In this document: piece after piece, positions 1 to 11,500 of the stretch
How positions within the stretch are numbered: position 1 is the first letter of the stretch
How the letters are laid out: every line of letters starts with the position of its first letter
Source of the DNA: Eledone cirrhosa
Lineage: Eukaryota
Direction of reading: 5' to 3'
DNA: 64,000 nucleotides
Assembly: GCA_964016885.1 (NCBI GenBank)
Contig: OZ024743.1
Coordinates: 135,160,001-135,224,000 of the forward strand
Notes under the pieces: generated by a model
The model's input: only the letters and a program-made list of their open reading frames with translations
Told to the model about the DNA's origin: nothing
The model's database searches: none
Program-made: the position numbers and the translations under genes

Positions 1-3000
1 GTGCTTGGTGTTTGGTGCTTGGTGCTTGGTGTTTGGTGCTTGGTGCTTGGTCTTTGGTGCTTGGTGTTTGGTGTTTGGTGCTTGGTGCTTGGTGTTTGGT
101 GCTTGGTGCTTGGTGATTAGTGTTTGGTGCTTGGTGCTTGGGGTTTGGTGTTTGGTGCATGGTGCTTGGTGTTTGGTGCTTGGTGCTTGGTGTTTGGTGC
201 TTGGTGTTTGGTGTTTGCTGTTTGGTGTTTGGTGTTTGGTGTTTGCTGTTTGGTGTTTGGTGTTTGCTGTTTGCTGTTTGGTGTCTGCTTTTTGGTGTTT
301 GGTGTTTGCTGTATGGTGTTTGCTGTTTCGTGTTTGGTGTTTGCTGTTTGGTGTTTGGTCTTTGGTGCTTGGTGTTTGGTGCTTGGTGCTTGGTGTTTGG
401 TGTTTGGTGCTTGGTGCTTGGTGTTTGGTGTTTAGTGCTTGGTGCCTGGTGCTTGTTGTTTGGTGATTGGTGCTTGGTGTTTGGTGTTTGCTGTTTGCTG
501 TTTGGTGTTTGGTGTTTGCCATTTGGTGTTTGGTGCTAGGTGCTTGGTGCTTGGTGTTTGGTGCTTGGCGTTTGGTGCTTGGTGCTTGGTGTTTGGTGCC
601 TGGTGCCTGTTGTTTGGTGCTTGGTGCTTGGTGTTTAGTGCTTGGTGTTTGGTGTTTGGTGCTTGGTGCTTGGTGTTTGGTGTTTGGTGCTTGGTGCATG
701 GTGCTTGGTGTTTGGTGTTTGGTGCTTGGTGTTTGGTGCTTGGAGCTTGGTGCTTCATGTTTGGTGCTTGGTGATTGGTGCTTGGTGTTTGGTGCAGGGT
801 GCTTGGTGTTTGGTGCTTGGTGTTTGGTGTTTGGTTTTTGATGCTTGGTGTTTGATGCTTGGTGCTTGGTGCTAGGTGTTTGGTGTTTGGTGCTTGATGT
901 TTGTACTTGGTGCTTGGTGCTTGGTGCTTGGTTCTTGGTGTTTGGTGCTTGGTGCTTGGTGCTTGGTGTTTGGTGCTTGGTGTTTGGTGCTTGGTGCTTG
1001 GTGTTAGGTGTTTGGTGTTTGGTGTTTGGTGCTTGGTGCTTGGTGCTTGGTGTTTGGTGCTTGGTGCTTGGTGTTTGGTGCTTGGTGCCTGGTGCTTGGT
1101 GTTTGGTGGTTGGTGTTTGGTGCTTGGTGCTTGGTATAAGGTGTTAGGTGTTTGGTGCTTGGTGCTTGGTCTTTGGTGCTTGGTGCTTGGAGTTTGGTGT
1201 TTGGTGCTTGCTGCTTGCTGCTTGGGGTTTGGTGCTTGGTGATTGGTGCTTGGTGTTTGGTGCTTGGTGCTTGGTGTTTGGTGTTTGGTGCTAGGTGCTT
1301 GGTGCTTGGTGCTTGGTGTTTGGTGCTTGGTGTTTGGTGTTTGGTACTTGGGGCTTGGTGTTTGGTGCTTGGTGCTTGGTGCTTGGTGTTTGGTGTTTGG
1401 TGTTTGGTGCTTGGTGCTTGGTGCTGGGTGGTTGGCGTTTAGTGCTTGGTGCTTGGTGTTTGGTGGTTGGTGCTTGGTGTTTGGTGCTTGGTGCCTGGTG
1501 CTTGGTGTTTGGTGGTTGGTGTTTGGTGCTTGGTGCTTGGTCTTTGGTGCTTGGTGCTTGGTGTTTGGTGTTTGGTGCTTGCTGCTTGCTGCTTGGGGTT
1601 TGGTGCTTGGTGATTGGTGCTTGGTGTTTGGTGCTTGGTGCTTGGTGTTTGGTGTTTGGTGCTAGGTGCTTGGTGCTTGGTGCTTGGTGTTTGGTGTTTG
1701 GTGTTTACTGTTTGGTGTCTGGTTTTTGGTGTTTGGTGTTTGCTGTATGGTGTTTGCTGTTTCGTGTTTGGTGTTTGCTGTTTGGTGTTTGGTCTTTGGT
1801 GCTTGGTGTTTGGTGCTTGGTGCTTGGTTTTTGGTGTTTAGTGCTTGGTGCCTGGAGCTTGTTGTTTTGTGATTGGTGCTTGGTGTTTGGTGTTTGGTGC
1901 TTGGCGTTTGGTGTTTGGTGTTTGCCGTTTGGTGTTTGGTGCTTGGTGCTTGGTGCTTGGTGTTTGGTGCTTGGCGTTTGGTGCTTGGTGCTTGGTGTTT
2001 GGTGCCTGGTGCTTGTTGTTTGGTGCTTGGTGCTTGGTGTTTAGTGCTTGGTGCTTGGTGTTTGGTGTTTGGTGCTTGGTGCATGGTGCTTGGTGTTTGG
2101 TGTTTGGTGCTTGGTGTTTGGTGCTTGGAGCTTGGTGCTTCGTGTTTGGTGCTTGGTGATTGGTGCTTGGTGTTTGGTGCAGGGTGCTTGGTGTTTGGTG
2201 CTTGGTGTTTGGTGTTTGGTTTTTGATGCTTGGTGTTTGATGCTTGGTGCTTGGTGCTTGGTGTTTCGTGTTTGGTGCTTGGTGCTTGGTGTTTGTACTT
2301 GGTGCTTGGTGCTTGGTGTTTGGTGCTTGGAGTTTGGTGCTTGGTGCTTGGTGCTTGGTGTTTGGTGTTTGGTGTTTGGTGCTTGGTGCTTGGTGCTTGG
2401 TGTTTGGTGCTTGGTGCTTGGTGTTTGGTGCTTGGTGCTTGGTGTAAGGTGTTAGGTGTTTGGTGCTTGGTGCTTGGTGTTTGGTGCTTGGTGCTTCGTG
2501 TTTGGTGTTTGGTGCTTGCTGCTTGCTGCTTGGGGTTTGGTGCTTGGTGATTGGTGCTTGGTTTTTGGTGCTTGGTGCTTGGTGTTTGGTGTTAGGTGCT
2601 AGGTGCTTGGTGCTTGGTGCTTGGTGTTTGGTGCTTGGTGTTTGGTGCTTGGTACTTGGTGTTTGGTGGTTGGTGCTTGGTGCTTGGTGTTTGGTGTTTG
2701 GTGTTTGGTGCCTGGTGCTTGGTGCCTGGTGCTTGGTGTTTTGTGTTTGGTGCTTGGTGCTTGGGGCTGGGTGGTTGGCGTTTGGTGCTTTGTGCTTGGT
2801 GTTTGGTGCTTGGTGCTTGGTGTTTGGTGCTTGGTGCTTGGTCTTTGGTGCTTGGTGTTTGGTGTTTGGTGCTTGGTGCTTGGTGTTTGGTGCTTGGTGC
2901 TTGGTGATTAGTGTTTGGTGCTTGGTGCTTGGGGTTTGGTGTTTGGTGCATGGTGCTTGGTGTTTGGTGCTTGGTGCTTGGTGTTTGGTGCTTGGTGTTT

Positions 3001-6000
3001 GGTGTTTGCTGTTTGGTGTTTGGTGTTTGGTGTTTGCTGTTTGGTGTTTGGTGTTTGCTGTTTGCTGTTTGGTGTCTGCTTTTTGGTGTTTGGTGTTTGC
3101 TGTATGGTGTTTGCTGTTTCGTGTTTGGTGTTTGCTGTTTGGTGTTTGGTCTTTGGTGCTTGGTGTTTGGTGCTTGGTGCTTGGTGTTTGGTGTTTGGTG
3201 CTTGGTGCTTGGTGTTTGGTGTTTAGTGCTTGGTGCCTGGTGCTTGTTGTTTGGTGATTGGTGCTTGGTGTTTGGTGTTTGCTGTTTGCTGTTTGGTGTT
3301 TGGTGTTTGCCATTTGGTGTTTGGTGCTAGGTGCTTGGTGCTTGGTGTTTGGTGCTTGGCGTTTGGTGCTTGGTGCTTGGTGTTTGGTGCCTGGTGCCTG
3401 TTGTTTGGTGCTTGGTGCTTGGTGTTTAGTGCTTGGTGTTTGGTGTTTGGTGCTTGGTGCTTGGTGTTTGGTGTTTAGTGCTTGGTGCCTGGTGCTTGTT
3501 GTTTTGTGATTGGTGCTTGGTGTTTGGTGTTTGGTGCTTGGCGTTTGGTGTTTGGTGTTTGCCGTTTGGTGTTTGGTGCTTGGTGCTTGGTGCTTGGTGT
3601 TTGGTGCTTGGCGTTTGGTGCTTGGTGCTTGGTGTTTGGTGCCTGGTGCTTGTTGTTTGGTGCTTGGTGCTTGGTGTTTAGTGCTTGGTGCTTGGTGTTT
3701 GGTGTTTGGTGCTTGGTGCATGGTGCTTGGTGTTTGGTGTTTGGTGCTTGGTGTTTGGTGCTTGGAGCTTGGTGCTTCGTGTTTGGTGCTTGGTGATTGG
3801 TGCTTGGTGTTTGGTGCAGGGTGCTTGGTGTTTGGTGCTTGGTGTTTGGTGTTTGGTTTTTAATGCTTGGTGTTTGATGCTTGGTGCTTGGTGCTTGGTG
3901 TTTCGTGTTTGGTGCTTGGTGCTTGGTGTTTGTACTTGGTGCTTGGTGCTTGGTGTTTGGTGCTTGGAGTTTGGTGCTTGGTGCTTGGTGCTTGGTGTTT
4001 GGTGTTTGGTGTTTGGTGCTTGGTGCTTGGTGCTTGGTGTTTGGTGCTTGGTGCTTGGTGTTTGGTGCTTGGTGCTTGGTGTAAGGTGTTAGGTGTTTGG
4101 TGCTTGGTGCTTGGTGTTTGGTGCTTGGTGCTTGGTGTTTGGTGTTTGGTGCTTGCTGCTTGCTGCTTGGGGTTTGGTGCTTGGTGATTGGTGCTTGGTG
4201 TTTGGTGCTTGGTGCTTGGTGTTTGGTGTTAGGTGCTAGGTGCTTGGTGCTTGGTGCTAGGTGTTTGGTGCTTGGTGTTTGGTGCTTGGTACTTGGTGTT
4301 TGGTGGTTGGTGCTTGGTGCTTGGTGTTTGGTGTTTGGTGTTTGGTGCCTGGTGCTTGGTGCCTGGTGCTTGGTGTTTTGTGTTTGTTGCTTGGTGCTTG
4401 GTGCTGGGTGGTTGGCGTTTGGTGCTTTGTGCTTGGTGTTTGGTGCTTGGTGCTTGGTGTTTGGTGCTTGGTGCTTGGTCTTTGGTGCTTGGTGTTTGGT
4501 GTTTGGTGCTTGGTGCTTGGTGTTTGGTGCTTGGTGCTTGGTGATTAGTGTTTGGTGCTTGGTGCTTGGGGTTTGGTGTTTGGTGCATGGTGCTTGGTGT
4601 TTGGTGCTTGGTGCTTGGTGTTTGGTGCTTGGTGTTTGGTGTTTGCTGTTTGGTGTTTGGTGTTTGGTGTTTGCTGTTTGGTGTTTGGTGTTTGCTGTTT
4701 GCTGTTTGGTGTCTGCTTTTTGGTGTTTGGTGTTTGCTGTATGGTGTTTGCTGTTTCGTGTTTGGTGTTTGCTGTTTGGTGTTTGGTCTTTGGTGCTTGG
4801 TGTTTGGTGCTTGGTGCTTGGTGTTTGGTGTTTGGTGCTTGGTGCTTGGTGTTTGGTGTTTAGTGCTTGGTGCCTGGTGCTTGTTGTTTGGTGATTGGTG
4901 CTTGGTGTTTGGTGTTTGCTGTTTGCTGTTTGGTGTTTGGTGTTTGCCATTTGGTGTTTGGTGCTAGGTGCTTGGTGCTTGGTGTTTGGTGCTTGGCGTT
5001 TGGTGCTTGGTGCTTGGTGTTTGGTGCCTGGTGCCTGTTGTTTGGTGCTTGGTGCTTGGTGTTTAGTGCTTGGTGTTTGGTGTTTGGTGCTTGGTGCTTG
5101 GTGTTTGGTGTTTGGTGCTTGGTGCATGGTGCTTGGTGTTTGGTGTTTGGTGCTTGGTGTTTGGTGCTTGGAGCTTGGTGCTTCATGTTTGGTGCTTGGT
5201 GATTGGTGCTTGGTGTTTGGTGCAGGGTGCTTGGTGTTTGGTGCTTGGTGTTTGGTGTTTGGTTTTTGATGCTTGGTGTTTGATGCTTGGTGCTTGGTGC
5301 TTGGTGTTTGGTGTTTGGTGCTTGATGTTTGTACTTGGTGCTTGGTGCTTGGTGCTTGGTTCTTGGTGTTTGGTGCTTGGTGCTTGGTGCTTGGTGTTTG
5401 GTGCTTGGTGTTTGGTGCTTGGTGCTTGGTGTTAGGTGTTTGGTGTTTGGTGTTTGGTGCTTGGTGCTTGGTGCTTGGTGTTTGGTGCTTGGTGCTTGGT
5501 GTTTGGTGCTTGGTGCCTGGTGCTTGGTGTTTGGTGGTTGGTGTTTGGTGCTTGGTGCTTGGTATAAGGTGTTAGGTGTTTGGTGCTTGGTGCTTGGTCT
5601 TTGGTGCTTGGTGCTTGGTGTTTGGTGTTTGGTGCTTGCTGCTTGCTGCTTGGGGTTTGGTGCTTGGTGATTGGTGCTTGGTGTTTGGTGCTTGGTGCTT
5701 GGTGTTTGGTGTTAGGTGCTAGGTGCTTGGTGCTTGGTGCTAGGTGTTTGGTGCTTGGTGTTTGGTGCTTGGTACTTGGTGTTTGGTGCTTGGTGTTTGG
5801 TGTTTGGTACTTGGGGCTTGGTGTTTGGTGCTTGGTGCTTGGTGCTTGGTGTTTGGTGTTTGGTGTTTGGTGCTTGGTGCTTGGTGCTGGGTGGTTGGCG
5901 TTTAGTGCTTGGTGCTTGGTGTTTGGTGGTTGGTGCTTGGTGTTTGGTGCTTGGTGCCTGGTGCTTGGTGTTTGGTGGTTGGTGTTTGGTGCTTGGTGCT

Positions 6001-8580
6001 TGGTCTTTGGTGCTTGGTGCTTGGTGTTTGGTGTTTGGTGCTTGCTGCTTGCTGCTTGGGGTTTGGTGCTTGGTGATTGGTGCTTGGTGTTTGGTGCTTG
6101 GTGCTTGGTGTTTGGTGTTTGGTGCTAGGTGCTTGGTGCTTGGTGCTTGGTGTTTGGTGTTTGGTGTTTACTGTTTGGTGTCTGGTTTTTGGTGTTTGGT
6201 GTTTGCTGTATGGTGTTTGCTGTTTCGTGTTTGGTGTTTGCTGTTTGGTGTTTGGTCTTTGGTGCTTGGTGTTTGGTGCTTGGTGCTTGGTTTTTGGTGT
6301 TTAGTGCTTGGTGCCTGGAGCTTGTTGTTTTGTGATTGGTGCTTGGTGTTTGGTGTTTGGTGCTTGGCGTTTGGTGTTTGGTGTTTGCCGTTTGGTGTTT
6401 GGTGCTTGGTGCTTGGTGCTTGGTGTTTGGTGCTTGGCGTTTGGTGCTTGGTGCTTGGTGTTTGGTGCCTGGTGCTTGTTGTTTGGTGCTTGGTGCTTGG
6501 TGTTTAGTGCTTGGTGCTTGGTGTTTGGTGTTTGGTGCTTGGTGCATGGTGCTTGGTGTTTGGTGTTTGGTGCTTGGTGTTTGGTGCTTGGAGCTTGGTG
6601 CTTCGTGTTTGGTGCTTGGTGATTGGTGCTTGGTGTTTGGTGCAGGGTGCTTGGTGTTTGGTGCTTGGTGTTTGGTGTTTGGTTTTTGATGCTTGGTGTT
6701 TGATGCTTGGTGCTTGGTGCTTGGTGTTTCGTGTTTGGTGCTTGGTGCTTGGTGTTTGTACTTGGTGCTTGGTGCTTGGTGTTTGGTGCTTGGAGTTTGG
6801 TGCTTGGTGCTTGGTGCTTGGTGTTTGGTGTTTGGTGTTTGGTGCTTGGTGCTTGGTGCTTGGTGTTTGGTGCTTGGTGCTTGGTGTTTGGTGCTTGGTG
6901 CTTGGTGTAAGGTGTTAGGTGTTTGGTGCTTGGTGCTTGGTGTTTGGTGCTTGGTGCTTCGTGTTTGGTGTTTGGTGCTTGCTGCTTGCTGCTTGGGGTT
7001 TGGTGCTTGGTGATTGGTGCTTGGTTTTTGGTGCTTGGTGCTTGGTGTTTGGTGTTAGGTGCTAGGTGCTTGGTGCTTGGTGCTTGGTGTTTGGTGCTTG
7101 GTGTTTGGTGCTTGGTACTTGGTGTTTGGTGGTTGGTGCTTGGTGCTTGGTGTTTGGTGTTTGGTGTTTGGTGCCTGGTGCTTGGTGCCTGGTGCTTGGT
7201 GTTTTGTGTTTGGTGCTTGGTGCTTGGGGCTGGGTGGTTGGCGTTTGGTGCTTTGTGCTTGGTGTTTGGTGCTTGGTGCTTGGTGTTTGGTGCTTGGTGC
7301 TTGGTCTTTGGTGCTTGGTGTTTGGTGTTTGGTGCTTGGTGCTTGGTGTTTGGTGCTTGGTGCTTGGTGATTAGTGTTTGGTGCTTGGTGCTTGGGGTTT
7401 GGTGTTTGGTGCATGGTGCTTGGTGTTTGGTGCTTGGTGCTTGGTGTTTGGTGCTTGGTGTTTGGTGTTTGCTGTTTGGTGTTTGGTGTTTGGTGTTTGC
7501 TGTTTGGTGTTTGGTGTTTGCTGTTTGCTGTTTGGTGTCTGCTTTTTGGTGTTTGGTGTTTGCTGTATGGTGTTTGCTGTTTCGTGTTTGGTGTTTGCTG
7601 TTTGGTGTTTGGTCTTTGGTGCTTGGTGTTTGGTGCTTGGTGCTTGGTGTTTGGTGTTTGGTGCTTGGTGCTTGGTGTTTGGTGTTTAGTGCTTGGTGCC
7701 TGGTGCTTGTTGTTTGGTGATTGGTGCTTGGTGTTTGGTGTTTGCTGTTTGCTGTTTGGTGTTTGGTGTTTGCCATTTGGTGTTTGGTGCTAGGTGCTTG
7801 GTGCTTGGTGTTTGGTGCTTGGCGTTTGGTGCTTGGTGCTTGGTGTTTGGTGCCTGGTGCCTGTTGTTTGGTGCTTGGTGCTTGGTGTTTAGTGCTTGGT
7901 GTTTGGTGTTTGGTGCTTGGTGCTTGGTGTTTGGTGTTTGGTGCTTGGTGCATGGTGCTTGGTGTTTGGTGTTTGGTGCTTGGTGTTTGGTGCTTGGAGC
8001 TTGGTGCTTCATGTTTGGTGCTTGGTGATTGGTGCTTGGTGTTTGGTGCAGGGTGCTTGGTGTTTGGTGCTTGGTGTTTGGTGTTTGGTTTTTGATGCTT
8101 GGTGTTTGATGCTTGGTGCTTGGTGCTTGGTGTTTGGTGTTTGGTGCTTGGTGTTTGTAATTGGTGCTTGGTGCTTGGTGCTTGGTTCTTGGTGTTTGGT
8201 GCTTGGTGCTTGGTGCTTGGTGTTTGGTGCTTGGTGTTTGGTGCTTGGTGCTTGGTGTTAGGTGTTTGGTGTTTGGTGTTTGGTGCTTGGTGCTTGGTGC
8301 TTGGTGTTTGGTGCTTGGTGCTTGGTGTTTGGTGCTTGGTGCCTGGTGCTTGGTGTTTGGTGGTTGGTGTTTGGTGCTTGGTGCTTGGTATAAGGTGTTA
8401 GGTGTTTGGTGCTTGGTGCTTGGTCTTTGGTGCTTGGTGCTTGGAGTTTGGTGTTTGGTGCTTGCTGCTTGCTGCTTGGGGTTTGGTGCTTGGTGATTGG
8501 TGCTTGGTGTTTGGTGCTTGGTGCTTGGTGTTTGGTGTTTGGTGCTAGGTGCTTGGTGCTTGGTGCTTGGTGTTTGGTGC
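1..8580 (+). repeat. Sub-array of ~1.4-kb higher-order modules in two variants (A/B), forming a 2791/2826-bp dimer
   Basis: Identical ORF translations start at 120, 2911, 4548 and 7374. Homologous ORF starts at 439, 1845, 3230, 3482, 4867, 6308 and 7693 give spacings of 1406, 1385, 252, 1385, 1441 and 1385 bp. The AAGGTGTTAGG marker lies at 1138, 2446, 4083, 5566, 6909 and 8392. Confidence 0.9.
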
Positions 8581-11500
8581 TTGGTGTTTGGTGTTTGGTA
8601 CTTGGGGCTTGGTGTTTGGTGCTTGGTGCTTGGTGCTTGGTGTTTGGTGTTTGGTGTTTGGTGCTTGGTGCTTGGTGCTTGGTGCTTGGTGCTTGGTGTT
8701 TGGTGCTTGGTGTTTGGTGTTGGTACTTGGTGTTTGGTGGTTGGTGCTTGGTGCTTGGTGTTTGGTGTTTGGTGTTTGGTGCTTGGTGCTTGGTGCTGAG
8801 TTGTTGGCGTTTGGTGCTTGGTGCTTGGTGTTTGGTGCTTGGTGCTTGGTGTTTGGTGTTTGGTGCTTGGTGCTTGGTCTTTGGTGCTTGGTGTTTGGTG
8901 TTTGGTGGTTGGTGCTTGGTGTTTGCTGCTTGGTGCTTGGTGATTAGTGTTTGGTGCTTGGTGCTTGGGGTTTGGTGTTTGGTGCTTGGTGCTTGGTGTT
9001 TGGTGCTTGGTGCTTGGTGTTTGGTGCTTGGTGTTTGGTGTTTGCTGTTTGGTGTTTGCTATTTGCTATTTGCTGTCTGCTTTTTGGTTTTTGGTGTTTG
9101 CTGTATGGTGTTTGCTGTTTCGTGTTTGGTGTTTGCTGTTTGGTGTTTGGTGTTTGGTGTTTGGTGTTTCCTGTTTGGTCTTTGGTCTTTGGTGCTTGTT
9201 GTTTGGTGCTTGGTGCTTGGTGTTTGGTGTTTGATGCTTGGTGCTTGGTGTTTGGTGTTTGGTGCTTGGTTCTTGGTGTTTGGTGATTTGTGCTTGGTGC
9301 TTGGTGTTTGGTGTTTGGTGTTTGGTGTTTGGTGCTTGGTGTTTGGTGCTTGGTACTTGGGGCTTGGTGTTTGGTGCTTGGTGCTTGGTGCATGGTGTTT
9401 GGTGTTTGGTGCTGGGTGGTTGGCGTTTGGTGCTTGGTGCTTGGTGTTTGGTGCTTGGTGCTTGGTGTTTGGTGCTTGGTGCTTGGTGCCTGGTGCTTGG
9501 TGTTTGGTTTTTTGGTGCTTGGTGTTTGGTGCTTGATGCTTGGTGCTGGGTGGTTGGCGTTTAGTGCTTGGTGCTTGGTGTTTGGTGTTTGGTACTTGGG
9601 GCTTGGTGTTTGGTGCTTGGTGCTTGGTGCTTGGTGTTTGGTGTTTGGTGTTTGGTGCTTGGTGCTTGGTGCTTGGTGCTTGGTGCTTGGTGTTTGGTGC
9701 TTGGTGTTTGGTGTTGGTACTTGGTGTTTGGTGGTTGGTGCTTGGTGCTTGGTGTTTGGTGTTTGGTGTTTGGTGCTTGGTGCTTGGTGCTGAGTCGTTG
9801 GCGTTTGGTGCTTGGTGCTTGGTGTTTGGTGCTTGGTGCTTGGTGTTTGGTGTTTGGTGCTTGGTGCTTGGTCTTTGGTGCTTGGTGTTTGGTGTTTGGT
9901 GGTTGGTGCTTGGTGTTTGCTGCTTGGTGCTTGGTGATTAGTGTGTGGTGCTTGGTGCTTGGGGTTTGGTGTTTGGTGCTTGGTGCTTGGTGTTTGGTGC
10001 TTGGTGCTTGGTGTTTGGTGCTTGGTGTTTGGTGTTTGCTGTTTGGTGTTTGCTATTTGCTATTTGCTGTCTGCTTTTTGGTTTTTGGTGTTTGCTGTAT
10101 GGTGTTTGCTGTTTCGTGTTTGGTGTTTGCTGTTTGGTGTTTGGTGTTTGGTGTTTGGTGTTTCCTGTTTGGTCTTTGGTCTTTGGTGCTTGTTGTTTGG
10201 TGCTTGGTGCTTGGTGTTTGGTGTTTGATGCTTGGTGCTTGGTGTTTGGTGTTTGGTGCTTGGTTCTTGGTGTTTGGTGATTGGTGCTTGGTGCTTGGTG
10301 TTTGGTGTTTGGTGTTTGGTGTTTGGTGCTTGGTGTTTGGTGCTTGGTACTTGGGGCTTGGTGTTTGGTGCTTGGTGCTTGGTGCATGGTGTTTGGTGTT
10401 TGGTGCTGGGTGGTTGGCGTTTGGTGCTTGGTGCTTGGTGTTTGGTGCTTGGTGCTTGGTGTTTGGTGCTTGGTGCTTGGTGCCTGGTGCTTGGTGTTTG
10501 GTTTTTTGGTGCTTGGTGTTTGGTGCTTGATGCTTGGTGCTGGGTGGTTGGCGTTTAGTGCTTGGTGCTTGGTGTTTGGTGCATGGTGCTTGGTGTTTGG
10601 CGCTTGGTGCTTGGTCATTGATGCTTGGTGTTTGGTGTTTGGTGGTTGGTGCTTGGTGTTTGGTGCTTGGTGCTTGGTGATTAGTGTTTGGTGCTTGGTG
10701 CTTGGGGTTTGGTCTCGGTGCTTGGTGCTTGGTGTTTGGTGCTTGGTGTTTGCTGTTTGGTGTTTGGTGTTTGGTGTTTGCTGTTTGCTGTCTGCTTTTT
10801 GGTGTTTGGTGTTTGCTGTATGGTGTTTGCTGTTTCGTGTTTGGTGTTTGGTGTTTGGTGTTTCCTGTTTGGTCTTTGGTCTTTGGTGCTTAGTGTTTGG
10901 TGCTTGGTGCTTGGTGCTTGTTGTTTGGTGATTGGTGCTTGGTGCTTGGTGTTTGGTGTTTGGTGTTTGGTGCTTGGTGTCTGGTGCTTGGTGTTTGGTG
11001 TTTGGTGCTTGGTGCTTGGTGCTTGGTGTTTGGTGTTTGGTGTTTGGTGCTTGGTGCTTGGTGTTTGGTGCTTGGTGCTTGGTGCTTGGTGTTTGGTGCT
11101 GCATGCTTGGTGTTTTGTGTTTGGTGCTTGGTGCTTGGTATTTGGTGCTTGGTGCTTGGTGCTTGGTGATTAGTGTTTGGTGCTTGGTGCTTGGGGTTTG
11201 GTGTTTGGTGCTTGGTGCTTGGTGTTTGGTGCTTGGTACTTGGTGTTTGGTGCTTGGTGTTTGGTGTTTGCTGTTTGATGTTTGGTGTTTGGTGTTTGGT
11301 GTTTGCTGTATGGTGTTTGCTGTTTCGTGTTTGGTCTTTGCTGTTTGGTGTTTGGTCTTTGGTGCTTGGTGTTTGGTGCTTGGTGCTTGGTGTTTGGTGT
11401 TTAGTGCTTGGTGCTTGCTGTTTGGTGTTTAGTGCTTGGTGCCTGGTGCTTGTTGTTTGGTGATTGGTGCTTGGTTTTTGGTGTTTGCTGTTTGCTGTTT

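Noticed and set aside
1133-1140. TATAAG as a TATA box or -10 element (also ~5563, 8389, 20675)
   Set aside because: It is a G-to-A variant of the TGTAAG landmark inside the satellite, with no downstream gene or other promoter context.
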